From positions 5,084,001 to 5,148,000 of the forward strand of contig CAKKNE010000005.1 in NCBI GenBank assembly GCA_918797485.1: a stretch of DNA of 64,000 bases, read 5' to 3'. Made by a program: the position numbers and the translations under genes. This DNA is from Pelagomonas calceolata (taxonomy: Eukaryota). Under the pieces are notes generated by a model. That model ran no database searches. It was given only the letters and a program-made list of their open reading frames with translations, and was not told the origin of the DNA. Shown here piece after piece: positions 1 through 11,271 of this stretch (within the stretch, counting starts at the first letter, position 1; every line of letters begins with the position of its first letter).

Positions 1-3000
1 GGCGGCAGCGCGGGACCGCGAGGCACTTTCGCGCCGCGTCGCCACCCTCGAGAACGACCAGACCCAGGAAGCCGCCGACTTGCGTAGGAAGGTAAGCGCG
101 CTTGAGGGCGAGCTCACCAACGCGGCGGCCGCCGCGCAGACGCAGCTCGCGGCCGCGACCCGCCGCGCCGCCGCCCTCGAGAGCGACGTCGAGGCCCAGA
201 CCCAGGCGGCCGCCGGCCTCCGCCGGAAAATAAGCGCGCTCGAGGGCGAGAAGGGCGCGCTCGGCGTCGCCGCCGAGGCGCGGCTCACCAAGCTCGCTTC
301 GGAAAAGGCCGCGGCCGAGGCGCGGTGTGAAGAGTTGCGGCGCGCCGCCGAGGCCGCCGCCGCGCACACAGCGACGCACAGCGAGTTTCAGGACGCGGCG
401 ACGGCGCGGCTGGCCGAGGTCGAGCGCGCGCGGCGGGCGCTCGAGGGCGAGCGCGACCGGCTTCAGGAGGAGCAAGCGGGTGTCGACGCGGAGCTCCGGG
501 CGCGGACCGAGAGAGCTGAAGAGGCCGAGGCGCAGGCGTCGGCGCTGCGCCAGGACCTCGAGATCGTCGCCGCCGAGCGCGACGCCCTCCGGGCCGAGGC
601 GGCGGAGGCGCGGGACGCGCTCGAGCGCCGCGTCGAAGTCCTAGCCAAGGAGCGGGACGAGCTCCGGACCGCGTCGGAAGAAAGCAAGGCCAAGCACGAG
701 GCGCAACAAAAAGCGCTGGGCGTCGCGTCCGAGGCGCGCCTCGCCCAGCTCGACGCGAGGCGGAGCAAGGCCGAGGCGGACTGCGAGCGGCTCCGCCGCG
801 ACCGCGCGGCCGCCGACGAGCGGGCGCGCGCGGCGCTCGACGAGGCCGACGCGCGCCTCGCGGAGCTCGGCCGCCGCGTCGCGCAGCTCACGCACGAGAA
901 CGGCGACCTGCAGACGGCCGCCGCCGCGGCGCAGCGGCGGCTCCGGGCCCTCGAGGGCGAGGTTACATTACTTGGAGACGGCCCGCGCGAGGTCCAGGAG
1001 TTGAGGAAGGAGCTCCGGACCTTGAACGACGAGCGCGACGCGGAGGTGGCCCAGGTGCGCCGCGAGCTCGGCGCGATGACGCGCGCGCGCGACGAGGCGC
1101 GGGAGACGGGGGACGAGGCGCGGGCGGCGCTGCGGCGCAAACTCGGCGTGGCCGAGGCGGAGGCCGAGAGTGCAATCGCCACGATATCGGCGCTGCGCGG
1201 CGAGGCGAGTGAAAACGAGGCGGCCCTGGCGCAGCTGCGCCGGGAGCTCGCCGATGCGACGCGGGCGCGCGAGGAGGGCGAGGCGGCCCTTTCTGCGGCC
1301 CGCGCGGACGCCGCCGCTTTGGTCGACGAGCGCGACGAGCTAGCGAGGCACATCGACGACGCCGACGCCGTCGCGGCGACGCTGCGGCGCCAGGTCGCGG
1401 ACCTGGGGACCGAGCGCGACGCGCATGAACTCGATGCGAAGAAGTCGGGCCGCCGCGTGCGGGAGCTCGAGCGCGAGGCCGAGGCTGCGGTCGACTTGAA
1501 GCGCCAGCTCGTCTCCCTAAAAACGGACCGCGACGACCTGCAGACGATGAGCGACGCGCGGAGCGCGGCGCTGCACCGGCGCATCTCGACGCTGGAAGCG
1601 GAACTCACGGAAGCCTCGCAGCGGCTCCCGCCCCTGCGGGCCGAGGTCGCGGCCGCCGAGGACGCGGCGCGCGAGGCCCGCCGGGCGCGCGACGACGACG
1701 CGAGCGCGTTCCGACGCCAGGTTGCCGCGCTCGAGGCGCGCCTGGCGGAGGCGGAGCGGCCTGCCGTCGCGACGCCCCAGCGCCCCGACCGGGACCAGTT
1801 GCTCGAGGACGCCGAGGGTCGCGTTCAAACCCAGCGGCGGGCGCTCCTCTCCGCGACGCACGAGCGCGACGAAGCCATGGCGCAGTACGACGTTTTGAGA
1901 AGACGCATCGCGTCGCTGGAAGCGGCGCTCCAGGAGCAGCGGGACGCGGCCGACCGCACGACGCAGCAATTGCGGAGCGAAAAACGAGATTTGGAGAGCG
2001 AGCGCGACGAGATGATGAGGCAGAAGGACCACGAGTGCGGCGCGCTGATCGACGAGCGGGACCAGTTACTCGTGGACACGGACGCGCGCATGCTCGCGCT
2101 GACCGCGACGGACGAGCAATTGCGGCGACGGGTCCACGAGCTGGAAAGTGCCCTCGCGCAAGCGGTCGCGGACCCGGTGCGCGAAAAGGCCGAGGCCGCG
2201 CAGCTCCAGGCCCTGGCCGCGGCGACGGAGGCGAGCGAGGCGGCGTTGCTGCGTCTGAAGAAGGATAAGCGGGACCTGCTTGGCGAACTGGAGGCGCAGA
2301 CGGCGCAGTCCAGCGACCTCCGCCGCCAGCTCGCCGAGGCCGAGGCCACGTCCAGTACCTTGTACGCGCGCCTGAAGACCATGTCCGAGGAGCGCGACGA
2401 CCTCGTGCAGGCGTCCGACCGGGCGGCGGCGCTCCACACGAAGAGAACGGCCGAGCTTGAAAACGCATTGCACGCGACGCCGCGCCACGTGCTCGAGGAG
2501 ATCGCTTCCCTACGGGAGGCGACCAACGCCCTCAAAGCCGACAAGGAGGCCCAGGAGGCGGCCCTGGCCCAGATGGAAGAGGTCCACAAGGATCGCGTCG
2601 CCGCCCTCGAGGCGGCGCGCGACGACCTGACCGAGCGGCTGGCCGACGTGCAGGAGGGCCCCTGCGCGCACTGCTACGCCGTCGCCGACGAGCGCGACCA
2701 GCTTTTGAACGACGCGGACTCCGTCGTCAACGAGCTGCACGCACGCGTCGCATCTCTAGAAACGGAGCGCGACGACGCTTTGAAAACGGGCCACGACACC
2801 TCATCTACGCTCCGCGCGACCGTGGAGCGTTTAGAAGCGGAAGCCGAGCAGCTCAACGACAAGTGCGACGCCGCGGACCAGCGGAGCGCCTCCCTGAAGG
2901 CGCAGCTCGCGTCCCTGGCCGAGGCCCGCGACGAGGCCGACCAGGCGCAGGAGGTCACGGCTCGCGCGCTGCGGCGGCGCGTGTCCGAGCTCGAGGCGGC

Positions 3001-6000
3001 GGCCGAGGTCGACGCCCACGAGGCCGAGGAGAAACTGCGGCGCATCGCGGAGCTGGAACAGAATCAATCGGCCGTTGTGCGCACGCCGCCGCGCGCGCGG
3101 GGCCCGTCGCCGGAGACCGTCGCGCCCGTGAACACGCCGACGCGCACGGCCATCGAGGCGCTGGTCGACGCGGAGACGGCGGCGTCGCAGCGCGTCCGGG
3201 ACCTGCAGATTGAACTAAGGAGCCGCGACGACGACGCCTTCCGTTTACGAAGGGAGCTCGAGGCGGCGCGAGCGGACGCGGAGCGCGCGAGAAGTGACGC
3301 GGAGCGCGACTGCGAGCGGACGATGACCGCCCTGAGAAGGGAGGCCGCCGCGGCCAAGGACGAGCGCGTCCAGGCGGAGGAGGCGCACCGGGTCACGAGG
3401 AGACGGCTCGAGGAGGCCGAAGCGCACACGCCTCAGGACGACGTTAAGGCTCTACTCGCGTCGGAGCGCATCCAGCGCCTCGAGGCCGACCTCGCGCTGA
3501 AGACGCGCGCGAGCGAAAAGACCGTGGCCCAGGCGTCGCTGCGCGAGCAGGGCGCGACCGTGCACGCCCACGCCGCAAAGGCAGCCCTCGCCGAGGCGGG
3601 CGCGCGCCTCCAGCGCTTCGCGACGCGCGTCCAGGAGCTCGTGGACTTGGAAGTGGCGTCCGGCAAAGGGCAATCCTCGCCGGAGGGTCGGACGGAGCTC
3701 CGCGAGGTCGTCTGGGCCTTCGACGACGGGGCCCTGCGGGCCGAGGAGGGTCCGCTGACGACGGCGCTCGAGCGCGCCCGGAGCCGCGCGCTGGCCGAGG
3801 CCTCGAAGGCCTGCGACGCCGTTGCCGCGCCGTCCGTCAAGGCGCTGACGGAGCTCGTGTGCCGGACGCTGCCGGCGAGAAGGCGGAACGTGAAGTCCGA
3901 CCGGGTCCCGGAGCTCGAGCGGGCGCTGGCCGCGGCGAAGGAGCGGTACGCGCAGCATGCGATCGACATGGCCGATGCCCAGGCTCAGTTAGCTGAATTG
4001 AAGGACGGCTTGACGCAACTCCATGCCCAAAACTCCACATTGAGTGAGCAGCTCGACGAGAAGACGCGCGTGGCCGAGGCGGCGCGGCGCGAGGCGGTGG
4101 ATGCCGTCAAGCTCGCCCGGGAGGGCTCGCACACGGCGCTACGCGACGTCGACGCCGCGCGCGTCACTCTGGAGGCCGAGGCGGAGCTCCGGAACCGGGA
4201 GCACGCGGCGGAGGTCGAGCAGCTCACTCAGGAAGCCGAAACGCACAAAGCGCGGGCGGAGAGCAGCGCCCAAGAGGCGGCGACGGCATTGGCCCAAGTG
4301 GCTCATCTCGAGGGCGAAGTTGAAAATCTCCAGCAAGGAGAAGAGACGCTCCAGGCCCAGGTCGCGCACCTCGAGGGAGAGCTAGAAGCGTTACACGACG
4401 ACGCCGAGCGCGCCGAGCGGCTCCTGCTCGTCCGGTGCCATGCTTCCAAGAAGCGGGCGGTCGCGCGGGCCCTGAGGTATGCGGAAGCGACCGTATCGGC
4501 GGCCGTCGAACGACTAAGGCGCGCGACGCCGCCGTCGGAAGTAAAACTTCCGGAGAGCGGGATGATCGCGGTCCTCGCCGCGGCCGAGATCGACCGGCCC
4601 GTGCTGGACTTCGACAAAGTGACCCTCGCACCACGTGTGGTGGAGGTGCCCGAGATTACTCTCCCGGACGTCTTTGCGCGGCTCAACGTCGCATCGCTCG
4701 AGAACGCGTCCGTTATCGTCGACCCCGCCGCGCTCGCGGACGCGGCGCGCGCGACCGACGAAGTCCTGCGCGCCGCGCTGTCGGCGCCCACGCGAGCGGC
4801 CACGAGAAGCAGCCCCCACCTCGACGACGACGCCACGTTGAAGGTCATCGAGGAGTTGAGGCTCGCGGCGACGGCGCTCGGCGACAAGTACGAGACGCGC
4901 CTCCACGAGGTCACTAGCTCCCGCGACGCCGCCGTGGCGCGTACCGGCGAGCTGGCGGCGGCGCTGTCGGAAGAGCGAGGCCTTGCGGCCGAGTGCGACG
5001 CGCGCGTCGCGGCGCTCGAGGATTCTCTCGACCAACAGGCGCAGGACCACGCCACGGAGATGCAGCAGCGCGAGCACCAATTGCGCCTCGACGCGGACGA
5101 GGCGCTCCAGCGCGGCGTGCAACTCGCGGCGGAACAAGCGGCGACGGCGCGCGACGCCCACTGGGAGCGACGATGGGAGGTTGCCGCCGCCGAGCAGGCG
5201 GCGAAGAACGGCGAGCTCGTTCGACGGCTCCACTCGTCGGTGAAGGAGCGGAACGAGGCCGTCGCGCAGGTGCGAGACGCTCTCAGGGCCGCCCGGGCCG
5301 CGCAGCAAGCTGTGGACGAGGTGTCTATTGGACCGTCCGAGGACGTCGCCGCCGAGCTCGCCAAGGCCACTTCTGAGTTAGCGGACGCGAAGGCCGCGGC
5401 CGTCGCGGCGTCGAAGGCGGCGGCGCGCGAGCGCGACGACGGCCAGAAACGCTTGGAGGCGGCGGAGCAACGGCGCGTCCGGGAGCTCTCAAAGCTGGAG
5501 GACGAGTGGCGCGCGAAATGCGCGGAGCAGGTCAAACGGGCGGAAGGTGTCGGCGAGGACCGGCTGGAGAGGCGGATGAGGCAAGCCCAGGAGGACCTCG
5601 AGGCGGCGCGGGCGTCGTCGACCGAGGCCATCGCCGCGGCGCACGGCCGCAGCGACGAGCGGCTGGCGCGCGAGCGGTCCATGCGGCTCGCCGCCGAGAC
5701 GGAACTCACGGAGGTCGAGCGGGCGAAGAGCGACGCCGAGCGCTTGCTGGCGAAGGGTCTCGAGGATTTGGAGGCCGTCATCCAGGACCGGGACGCGCGG
5801 CTCTTGCGGGCGTCCGAGGCGTCGCGCGAGGCGGCCGCCGACTTCGAGGAGAGGTTGGCCAACGGCGCGGCGGCGGCCGAGGCGGCCGAATCTAGCTTGC
5901 GCGAGGACTTCGAGGGGCGCGTCGCCAAGCTGAACGAGGAGCTCGCATCGAAGACCGCCGAACACGCGCATCTGCAGGACGTGGCGCGCACGACAGAGGA

Positions 6001-9000
6001 GCAGCTCCGCCAGGTCTTGGACCGGGACGTCACGCACCGCGGGACGCAGAGCGTAGAGGTACACCGCGTCGACCGGCCGGCGCAGACGCAGATCTATGGG
6101 CTGGAGGTCGTGCCCGACAAGCCCCGCCGGAGGAAGAAGGACACGTCCGCGGTGGACCGGCGCTTCGAGGACGCGGCGGCGGCGCGGGCCGCCGCCGAGG
6201 CCAAGGCCGCGTTAGATTTACGGGCGACGGAGGCGCGGTTCGCGGAGCAGTTGGCGGCTCTGCGGTCCGAGCGCGACGAGGTGGCGACGCTGAAGGCCGA
6301 GCTCGCGACGCGGACGCTTCAGAACCAGGACGAGGTCGAGGAACTCCAAAAGCGCCTGAGCGAGGCGACGGCCGAGGGCCAGCAAGTGATGGCGCTGCAA
6401 CAGCAGCTGGAAGAGGCCTCGACCGAGCTCAAGCAAGCAAAGGCTGACGCTGTCAAACGCGGCGAGGGCCTCGCGGACACATTGAAGGCCCTCGAGGCGC
6501 GCCTGGTCGAGACCGAGGAGAGCCGGTCGAAGCTCGAGCTCCAGGCCGAAGAGACGCAGTCGCAGAACGAGCACCTCCAGCTGAATTTGAGCGTGGCCCG
6601 GCGCGACGCCGAGGCCAGGCGCCAGGTCCACGACAAGAATTTGACTGATCTCCAGCTTTCATTGCGAGAGTGCCGCCAGGAGCTCCAGGGCTCGTTACAG
6701 GCGGAGAAGGGGCTCCGGCAGACGGTGGCTCTCCTCGAGGGTGAAGCCGAGGCGAGGAAGCGATTGGAGGCGGAGGTGACCGAGTTGCGGTCCAAGGCGG
6801 AAGCCGATGCGTCATCAACCGGACGTGAACTGGCCGAGCTCAAGCGAGACCTCGCCCAGGCGCAATCGGAACTCGCCGTGTCGTCCCAAGTTGTTCCCGA
6901 GTCGCCGATGGTAAAACGGCGCCTCGCGCGCCTCGAGGGCGAGCTCGCCGAGGCGTTGGATGGCATCGAAACGGCGAGGGATGAGCTCAATGAGGCCAAG
7001 CGACGATTTAAGAAGGCGCTCGACGCGGCCCAGGCCGAACGCGACGCGCTGGAGCGCGACGCCGAGGAGACGGTGAAGAAAGCGCGCGCGACGGCCGAGG
7101 CGTCGGTCGCGAGCGCGCGCGCCGAGGCGGCGGACGCCGTGCGCCTCGCGCGTGGATCGGCCGAGCAGGCGTCGCGCGACGTCGACGCTGCGCGCGTGAC
7201 ATTGGACGCCGAGGCGGCGGAAAGGCACCAGGCGCACCAGCGGGAGCTCGCCGAGATTGCTGGCGCTCGCGACGCCGCGCTGGCGGCGGCGGCGTCTGCG
7301 ACCGACGAGGCGGCGCGGCTCCGGGAGGCGCTCGACTCGTCCGAGGCGCTCCGGGCCATCGACGCGACGCCGCCGCGGCGCGTGCGCTTCGAGGCGGGCT
7401 CGGACGGGTCGGGCTGGCGCGGCACGTCGGACGACGAGTCGCCGGTCTGGCGCGGCGACGAGAGCGCCGTCGTCGCGGGGCTGCGACGGGAGCTTGCGGC
7501 GGCGAGGGCGGCGGCGTCGCCCGCGGCCGTGGCGTCGGATGACGAGGAGAGCCCCGCCGTCGCTTCACTCAAGAGGGAGCTTGAGGCGGCGCGGGCGGCC
7601 TTGACTGATCAACGGTTACGGGGCGACCCGGCCGAGGACGACGCCGTGGCGCGGCTGAGGGAGGCTCTAGGTAGAAAGGACGACCAGTTGGAAGTCCTGG
7701 AAGACGAGGTGTCGCGCTGCCGGGCGGACGTCGAGCGGCGGCGCGGCGTCGAGGAGGAACTGCGGCGCGAGCTCCTCGCGAAGACGAGCTCGACGCCGCC
7801 GTCCGGCGCCAAACTGCTCCGGACGCTGGCGCATGGCGACGAGGAGAGCGCTGACATCGAGGCGCTCGCGCGTGACCTGGAAGAGGCACAGGAGACCATC
7901 TCATCCCTCGAAGAGGCTGCCGACGAAGCTCAGCGGACCATCGAAACTCTGGAGACGGCGGCGGCCCAGGACGAGGCGGCGCTCGAGGCCTACGACTGGA
8001 AGCTGGAAGAAGCCCAGGACCGCGCTGCCGCGCTAGAGGACGAAATAAGGGCGGCGCGCGACGCCGCCGCCGAAGCACGGCGGCGCGCCTCCGCGCTCGA
8101 TGATGAGATAAAGGCGATGCGCGAGACCGTCGCCGAGACCGCCACGCTCCGCGGGGAGCGGGACGAGGCGCGACGCGCTCTCGACGAGTCCCAGGCGCTC
8201 CTTGGGACTTCGCGAGGCGCTGAAGCGAAGGCGACGGACGACCTCGCGGCCCTACGTAAAGCTCATGAGGACGCCGTCGCCGCGCAGGCGACGGACTCAT
8301 TACGCGTCGGGCGCCTCGAGGCCGCGCTCGAGCAGCATGGCACCGACCTCGTGGCGGCGACCGCGGCGGCGGCTCGCGCGGAAGGAGCCCTATCCCGTAA
8401 GGCGGACGAGGTGAAACGGCTCGAGGCGATAATCCAACAGAAGGAGCAGGACACCGTCGAGGCGAGCCGCAAAAGAGATGCTGATGACCACGCGGCGGTG
8501 GAACGCCTCCAGGCGTGCTTGAAAGATCGGGAGACCGAGACGGCCCGCGTGTTGGACCAAGCTAAGGCAAACGCGGTGGCTTGCATGGCGAAGTATCAGT
8601 TGTTGGAAGCGTCGTCTGCGACGAGCAGCGCGCGAGTGCGGGCGCTTGAGGAGCGCATGGCGGGTCCGCGGCCGGTGTCCGTCCGTCTCCGTAGTGTTTT
8701 TTACCAACCGTACGCCATCGACGCGACGCCTCACCCGTCGTCCCGCGCAGCTCAAACCGCCGCTGTCGCCATTTTGAATGATGAGAGAGATAAGGAGCTG
8801 CGCAAATTAAGGGATGCTGCCCTCGAGGCTACGCCACTAGCTTTAGCAGGCTCCAGGCGAGATAATGCGTCGCTGCGGCGGGCCCTCCAACAAGCTCGCG
8901 CCGAAGTCCAGTCGCTACGACGCCTTCCTCCTCGTATCTCCGACGCATCACGAAAAGCAGCGGAGGCGCTAAAGCATGAGCTCAATCCAAATACGACGCC

Positions 9001-9307
9001 GCAACGCGTCGACGCCCTGAAGGAAAGGATTGTCCGGCTCGAGGCCGAGCGCGACGCGCTCCGAAACAAGCTATCAAAGATTCCAAACGCGAGCGTGGAA
9101 TTGAATGCGTTGCGCGCCGAGGTCCAGGCCGCGCGCGACGAGGCCCTGCGCGCGCGGACGGACCTCGCGGCCGGGGGCGACCTCAGCGGACGGCTCGCGG
9201 CGGCCGAGGACCGCGCGGCGACGCTGACGTCGCTGAATGCCGGACTCGTGCGGAAGTGCGAGCGGCTCCTGGCGGAGAGCGGTCGTCCGCCGGCTTCTTC
9301 TTTGTAA
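1..9307 (+). CDS. Giant coiled-coil protein (>3000 aa, probably 5'-truncated by the window edge); possibly centrosomal/cytoskeletal
   Basis: 3075-aa open frame rich in A/E/R/L heptads, with no recognisable globular domain. Internal repeat DVDAARVTL[E/D]AEA at ~4140 and ~7180. Probable in-frame 87-nt intron at 8664-8750. Confidence 0.85.
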   Translation, partial: AAARDREALSRRVATLENDQTQEAADLRRKVSALEGELTNAAAAAQTQLAAATRRAAALESDVEAQTQAAAGLRRKISALEGEKGALGVAAEARLTKLASEKAAAEARCEELRRAAEAAAAHTATHSEFQDAATARLAEVERARRALEGERDRLQEEQAGVDAELRARTERAEEAEAQASALRQDLEIVAAERDALRAEAAEARDALERRVEVLAKERDELRTASEESKAKHEAQQKALGVASEARLAQLDARRSKAEADCERLRRDRAAADERARAALDEADARLAELGRRVAQLTHENGDLQTAAAAAQRRLRALEGEVTLLGDGPREVQELRKELRTLNDERDAEVAQVRRELGAMTRARDEARETGDEARAALRRKLGVAEAEAESAIATISALRGEASENEAALAQLRRELADATRAREEGEAALSAARADAAALVDERDELARHIDDADAVAATLRRQVADLGTERDAHELDAKKSGRRVRELEREAEAAVDLKRQLVSLKTDRDDLQTMSDARSAALHRRISTLEAELTEASQRLPPLRAEVAAAEDAAREARRARDDDASAFRRQVAALEARLAEAERPAVATPQRPDRDQLLEDAEGRVQTQRRALLSATHERDEAMAQYDVLRRRIASLEAALQEQRDAADRTTQQLRSEKRDLESERDEMMRQKDHECGALIDERDQLLVDTDARMLALTATDEQLRRRVHELESALAQAVADPVREKAEAAQLQALAAATEASEAALLRLKKDKRDLLGELEAQTAQSSDLRRQLAEAEATSSTLYARLKTMSEERDDLVQASDRAAALHTKRTAELENALHATPRHVLEEIASLREATNALKADKEAQEAALAQMEEVHKDRVAALEAARDDLTERLADVQEGPCAHCYAVADERDQLLNDADSVVNELHARVASLETERDDALKTGHDTSSTLRATVERLEAEAEQLNDKCDAADQRSASLKAQLASLAEARDEADQAQEVTARALRRRVSELEAAAEVDAHEAEEKLRRIAELEQNQSAVVRTPPRARGPSPETVAPVNTPTRTAIEALVDAETAASQRVRDLQIELRSRDDDAFRLRRELEAARADAERARSDAERDCERTMTALRREAAAAKDERVQAEEAHRVTRRRLEEAEAHTPQDDVKALLASERIQRLEADLALKTRASEKTVAQASLREQGATVHAHAAKAALAEAGARLQRFATRVQELVDLEVASGKGQSSPEGRTELREVVWAFDDGALRAEEGPLTTALERARSRALAEASKACDAVAAPSVKALTELVCRTLPARRRNVKSDRVPELERALAAAKERYAQHAIDMADAQAQLAELKDGLTQLHAQNSTLSEQLDEKTRVAEAARREAVDAVKLAREGSHTALRDVDAARVTLEAEAELRNREHAAEVEQLTQEAETHKARAESSAQEAATALAQVAHLEGEVENLQQGEETLQAQVAHLEGELEALHDDAERAERLLLVRCHASKKRAVARALRYAEATVSAAVERLRRATPPSEVKLPESGMIAVLAAAEIDRPVLDFDKVTLAPRVVEVPEITLPDVFARLNVASLENASVIVDPAALADAARATDEVLRAALSAPTRAATRSSPHLDDDATLKVIEELRLAATALGDKYETRLHEVTSSRDAAVARTGELAAALSEERGLAAECDARVAALEDSLDQQAQDHATEMQQREHQLRLDADEALQRGVQLAAEQAATARDAHWERRWEVAAAEQAAKNGELVRRLHSSVKERNEAVAQVRDALRAARAAQQAVDEVSIGPSEDVAAELAKATSELADAKAAAVAASKAAARERDDGQKRLEAAEQRRVRELSKLEDEWRAKCAEQVKRAEGVGEDRLERRMRQAQEDLEAARASSTEAIAAAHGRSDERLARERSMRLAAETELTEVERAKSDAERLLAKGLEDLEAVIQDRDARLLRASEASREAAADFEERLANGAAAAEAAESSLREDFEGRVAKLNEELASKTAEHAHLQDVARTTEEQLRQVLDRDVTHRGTQSVEVHRVDRPAQTQIYGLEVVPDKPRRRKKDTSAVDRRFEDAAAARAAAEAKAALDLRATEARFAEQLAALRSERDEVATLKAELATRTLQNQDEVEELQKRLSEATAEGQQVMALQQQLEEASTELKQAKADAVKRGEGLADTLKALEARLVETEESRSKLELQAEETQSQNEHLQLNLSVARRDAEARRQVHDKNLTDLQLSLRECRQELQGSLQAEKGLRQTVALLEGEAEARKRLEAEVTELRSKAEADASSTGRELAELKRDLAQAQSELAVSSQVVPESPMVKRRLARLEGELAEALDGIETARDELNEAKRRFKKALDAAQAERDALERDAEETVKKARATAEASVASARAEAADAVRLARGSAEQASRDVDAARVTLDAEAAERHQAHQRELAEIAGARDAALAAAASATDEAARLREALDSSEALRAIDATPPRRVRFEAGSDGSGWRGTSDDESPVWRGDESAVVAGLRRELAAARAAASPAAVASDDEESPAVASLKRELEAARAALTDQRLRGDPAEDDAVARLREALGRKDDQLEVLEDEVSRCRADVERRRGVEEELRRELLAKTSSTPPSGAKLLRTLAHGDEESADIEALARDLEEAQETISSLEEAADEAQRTIETLETAAAQDEAALEAYDWKLEEAQDRAAALEDEIRAARDAAAEARRRASALDDEIKAMRETVAETATLRGERDEARRALDESQALLGTSRGAEAKATDDLAALRKAHEDAVAAQATDSLRVGRLEAALEQHGTDLVAATAAAARAEGALSRKADEVKRLEAIIQQKEQDTVEASRKRDADDHAAVERLQACLKDRETETARVLDQAKANAVACMAKYQLLEASSATSSARVRALEERMAGPRPVSVRLRSVFYQPYAIDATPHPSSRAAQTAAVAILNDERDKELRKLRDAALEATPLALAGSRRDNASLRRALQQARAEVQSLRRLPPRISDASRKAAEALKHELNPNTTPQRVDALKERIVRLEAERDALRNKLSKIPNASVELNALRAEVQAARDEALRARTDLAAGGDLSGRLAAAEDRAATLTSLNAGLVRKCERLLAESGRPPASSL

Positions 9308-9786
9308 GTTATTTTTGTGTCAGACCGTGTGATCCCGGATGTGTTCTCGCGTCCGCCGGGAAGCGGAGGCTCCATCGACGGGGAACTCGATGAAAGTGTT
9401 GTTATCGTGCGGGTTTTTGCCACGGTCTACTTTGCGACTTCTCTGTCGGTCAGCCTCGCCCCAGAAGACTGCGGGCACGACCTATTCGGAACTTGAGTCT
9501 GTCTCGTGGCGTTTTTGACAGCCCAAGCTGGCTTTACCGCGGCGCCATAGAACACGCCGCGGCGCCCCGGAACGACCGAAGAGGCGACAGGCGCTGGCGT
9601 AGCTGACCCTAAGCCTAGCCCAGCCGAAACCGCGGCCGCCGGAGATACGGCGAGGCCGCTACGAACGTACTAACCTCAAATTAGAAAGTGGAAGAGACCG
9701 GGCGCGGCGGCCTCCCCCGGCCTCCCGTGACGCGCCGTGCGGACTGCCCAGCCGACCGCGCGGCCAGTGAACCCCAAGAAAAAATC

Positions 9787-11271
9787 ATGGAGCCCCTCGG
9801 CTCGCCCCCAACTCAGCCGGGCTCGCCGGCGCACATCGAGGAGCCGGCCCTGCGGACCGTGGCGAGCCTCGCGGACCTGCCGCTGCGAAGAGGCAAGTGG
9901 ACGCCGGAAGAACAAAACTTCTCCGAGGTCCTGATCCAGGCGTTCCTCGCGGGCCTCGTGCCCGACTGCGCCGATGGCACGACTCTGAGGGCCTTTCTGT
10001 CGAGGCGCCTCCACTGCGCGCCCATGCGCATCACCAAGAAGTTCGCCGGCGCCACTTTGGGCAAGTCCATCTTCTCGCGGACCGGACAGCTCGACGCCGG
10101 CGACGCTGCGAACCTTAGAAGGCTCGAGAGTTTGTTCGTGCGGGCCGAGGAGACGAACTCCGCGGAAGCCGTCTTCTTCGCGATGAGAGGCAGGGCTCAT
10201 CGGGACGGCGCGCCGCCGGCCGGGAGGGCCGCTCGGGCCGCCCGGCGCGCCCGAGGGCCTGATGCTCTGCGCGCCGCGGAGGACGATGCGCTGGCCGGCG
10301 TGCGGCGCGATGCCGCCGCCGCGCGGAGCGCTCTGGCCGCGTCGCAAAGCCTCCCCCACGCGACGTCGACGTCTTCGCTGTCGAGCCTCGCGCCAGGCGC
10401 GTCGGCGTCGTCCCAGCATTCCTGGGCCGCGCGCGTGGCCGAGTGTGCCGCCCAGACGACGGCGGCTAGAAGGGATGCCGAGCTACGGGCCGCCCGAGCG
10501 ACGTTCGGCGACTCCGAGCCGCGGAGCGTGCTGCCGCCTCCTTCGATAGATGAAAGTCCGAGAACGTCGCTGATGCGCAGCCTGGACTCCATCTCCGCCG
10601 CGAGCGCGCCGCCGCCGCGCCGGACGCCGTTGATGATGCAGGCGCCTCCGCGGCCTCCGCGCGGTCCCGGCTACGACAAGTCCTTGGGCGCCGGTTTGGC
10701 CGCCAGAGATCTCCACGCCGCCGCTGCGGCCGCCCGCAGTGCGGCTGTCGGCCGAAGCGGCCAGTCGCGCGACGGTTTGTACGGCGAGCTCTACGGCTGG
10801 GTGCCGCGTGACCTTGGGGTGAACAAGTCGCCCGCGACGCTCGCACGCGTGCTGGGTTGCCCCGAGCCGCCGCGCGGCCCGCCGCGGCCCGCGCTGCCGC
10901 CCGCGCCCGCCGCCGACGCGGACCGAGACCGAGCCGCGCCCGCGCCTGCTGCCGACGCGGCGCCGGCGCCGGCGCGCGCGCGAGCGCCAGCGCCGGCACC
11001 CGGACCCGCGTGCCTGTCCGGGCCGCCGGGCCTCTCGCACAAGCGCGCCGCGTCGCCGGGCCGCCTCGTCGTCCAGGACGACGCCAAGGCGGCGCGCCAG
11101 GCGGGCCACCCGTCGCCGCGCCGCGCCGACCCGATGGGCGCGTCGCCGCTCTTTGGCCTCAGCTACCGGAAGCTGATGGTCGGCCCGCCCCCTCCTCCTG
11201 GGCCGGCACCGGCGCCGGCGACCGAGACGGTCGCGGCCCGCTCCTCTACAACCGTGCCCCTGCGCCCGTGA
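9787..11271 (+). CDS. Stramenopile-type Myb-like putative transcription factor with low-complexity tail
   Basis: LRRGKWTPEE...LIQAFLAG...GTTLRAFLSRRLHCAPMRITKKFAG..LGK block, recalled from an uncharacterised diatom/oomycete family. Exon structure of the tail is uncertain. Confidence 0.65.
   Translation: MEPLGSPPTQPGSPAHIEEPALRTVASLADLPLRRGKWTPEEQNFSEVLIQAFLAGLVPDCADGTTLRAFLSRRLHCAPMRITKKFAGATLGKSIFSRTGQLDAGDAANLRRLESLFVRAEETNSAEAVFFAMRGRAHRDGAPPAGRAARAARRARGPDALRAAEDDALAGVRRDAAAARSALAASQSLPHATSTSSLSSLAPGASASSQHSWAARVAECAAQTTAARRDAELRAARATFGDSEPRSVLPPPSIDESPRTSLMRSLDSISAASAPPPRRTPLMMQAPPRPPRGPGYDKSLGAGLAARDLHAAAAAARSAAVGRSGQSRDGLYGELYGWVPRDLGVNKSPATLARVLGCPEPPRGPPRPALPPAPAADADRDRAAPAPAADAAPAPARARAPAPAPGPACLSGPPGLSHKRAASPGRLVVQDDAKAARQAGHPSPRRADPMGASPLFGLSYRKLMVGPPPPPGPAPAPATETVAARSSTTVPLRP

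Noticed and set aside
7355..7372. gccatcgacgcgacgcc introner-like motif inside the coiled-coil CDS
   Set aside because: Short, GC-rich and in frame (AIDATP), with no TIR, TSD or splice signals; chance cannot be excluded.
463..9423. Many long antisense ORFs opposite the coiled-coil gene and other genes
   Set aside because: Expected from stop-codon scarcity at high GC; Ser/Arg/Ala-rich mirror translations.
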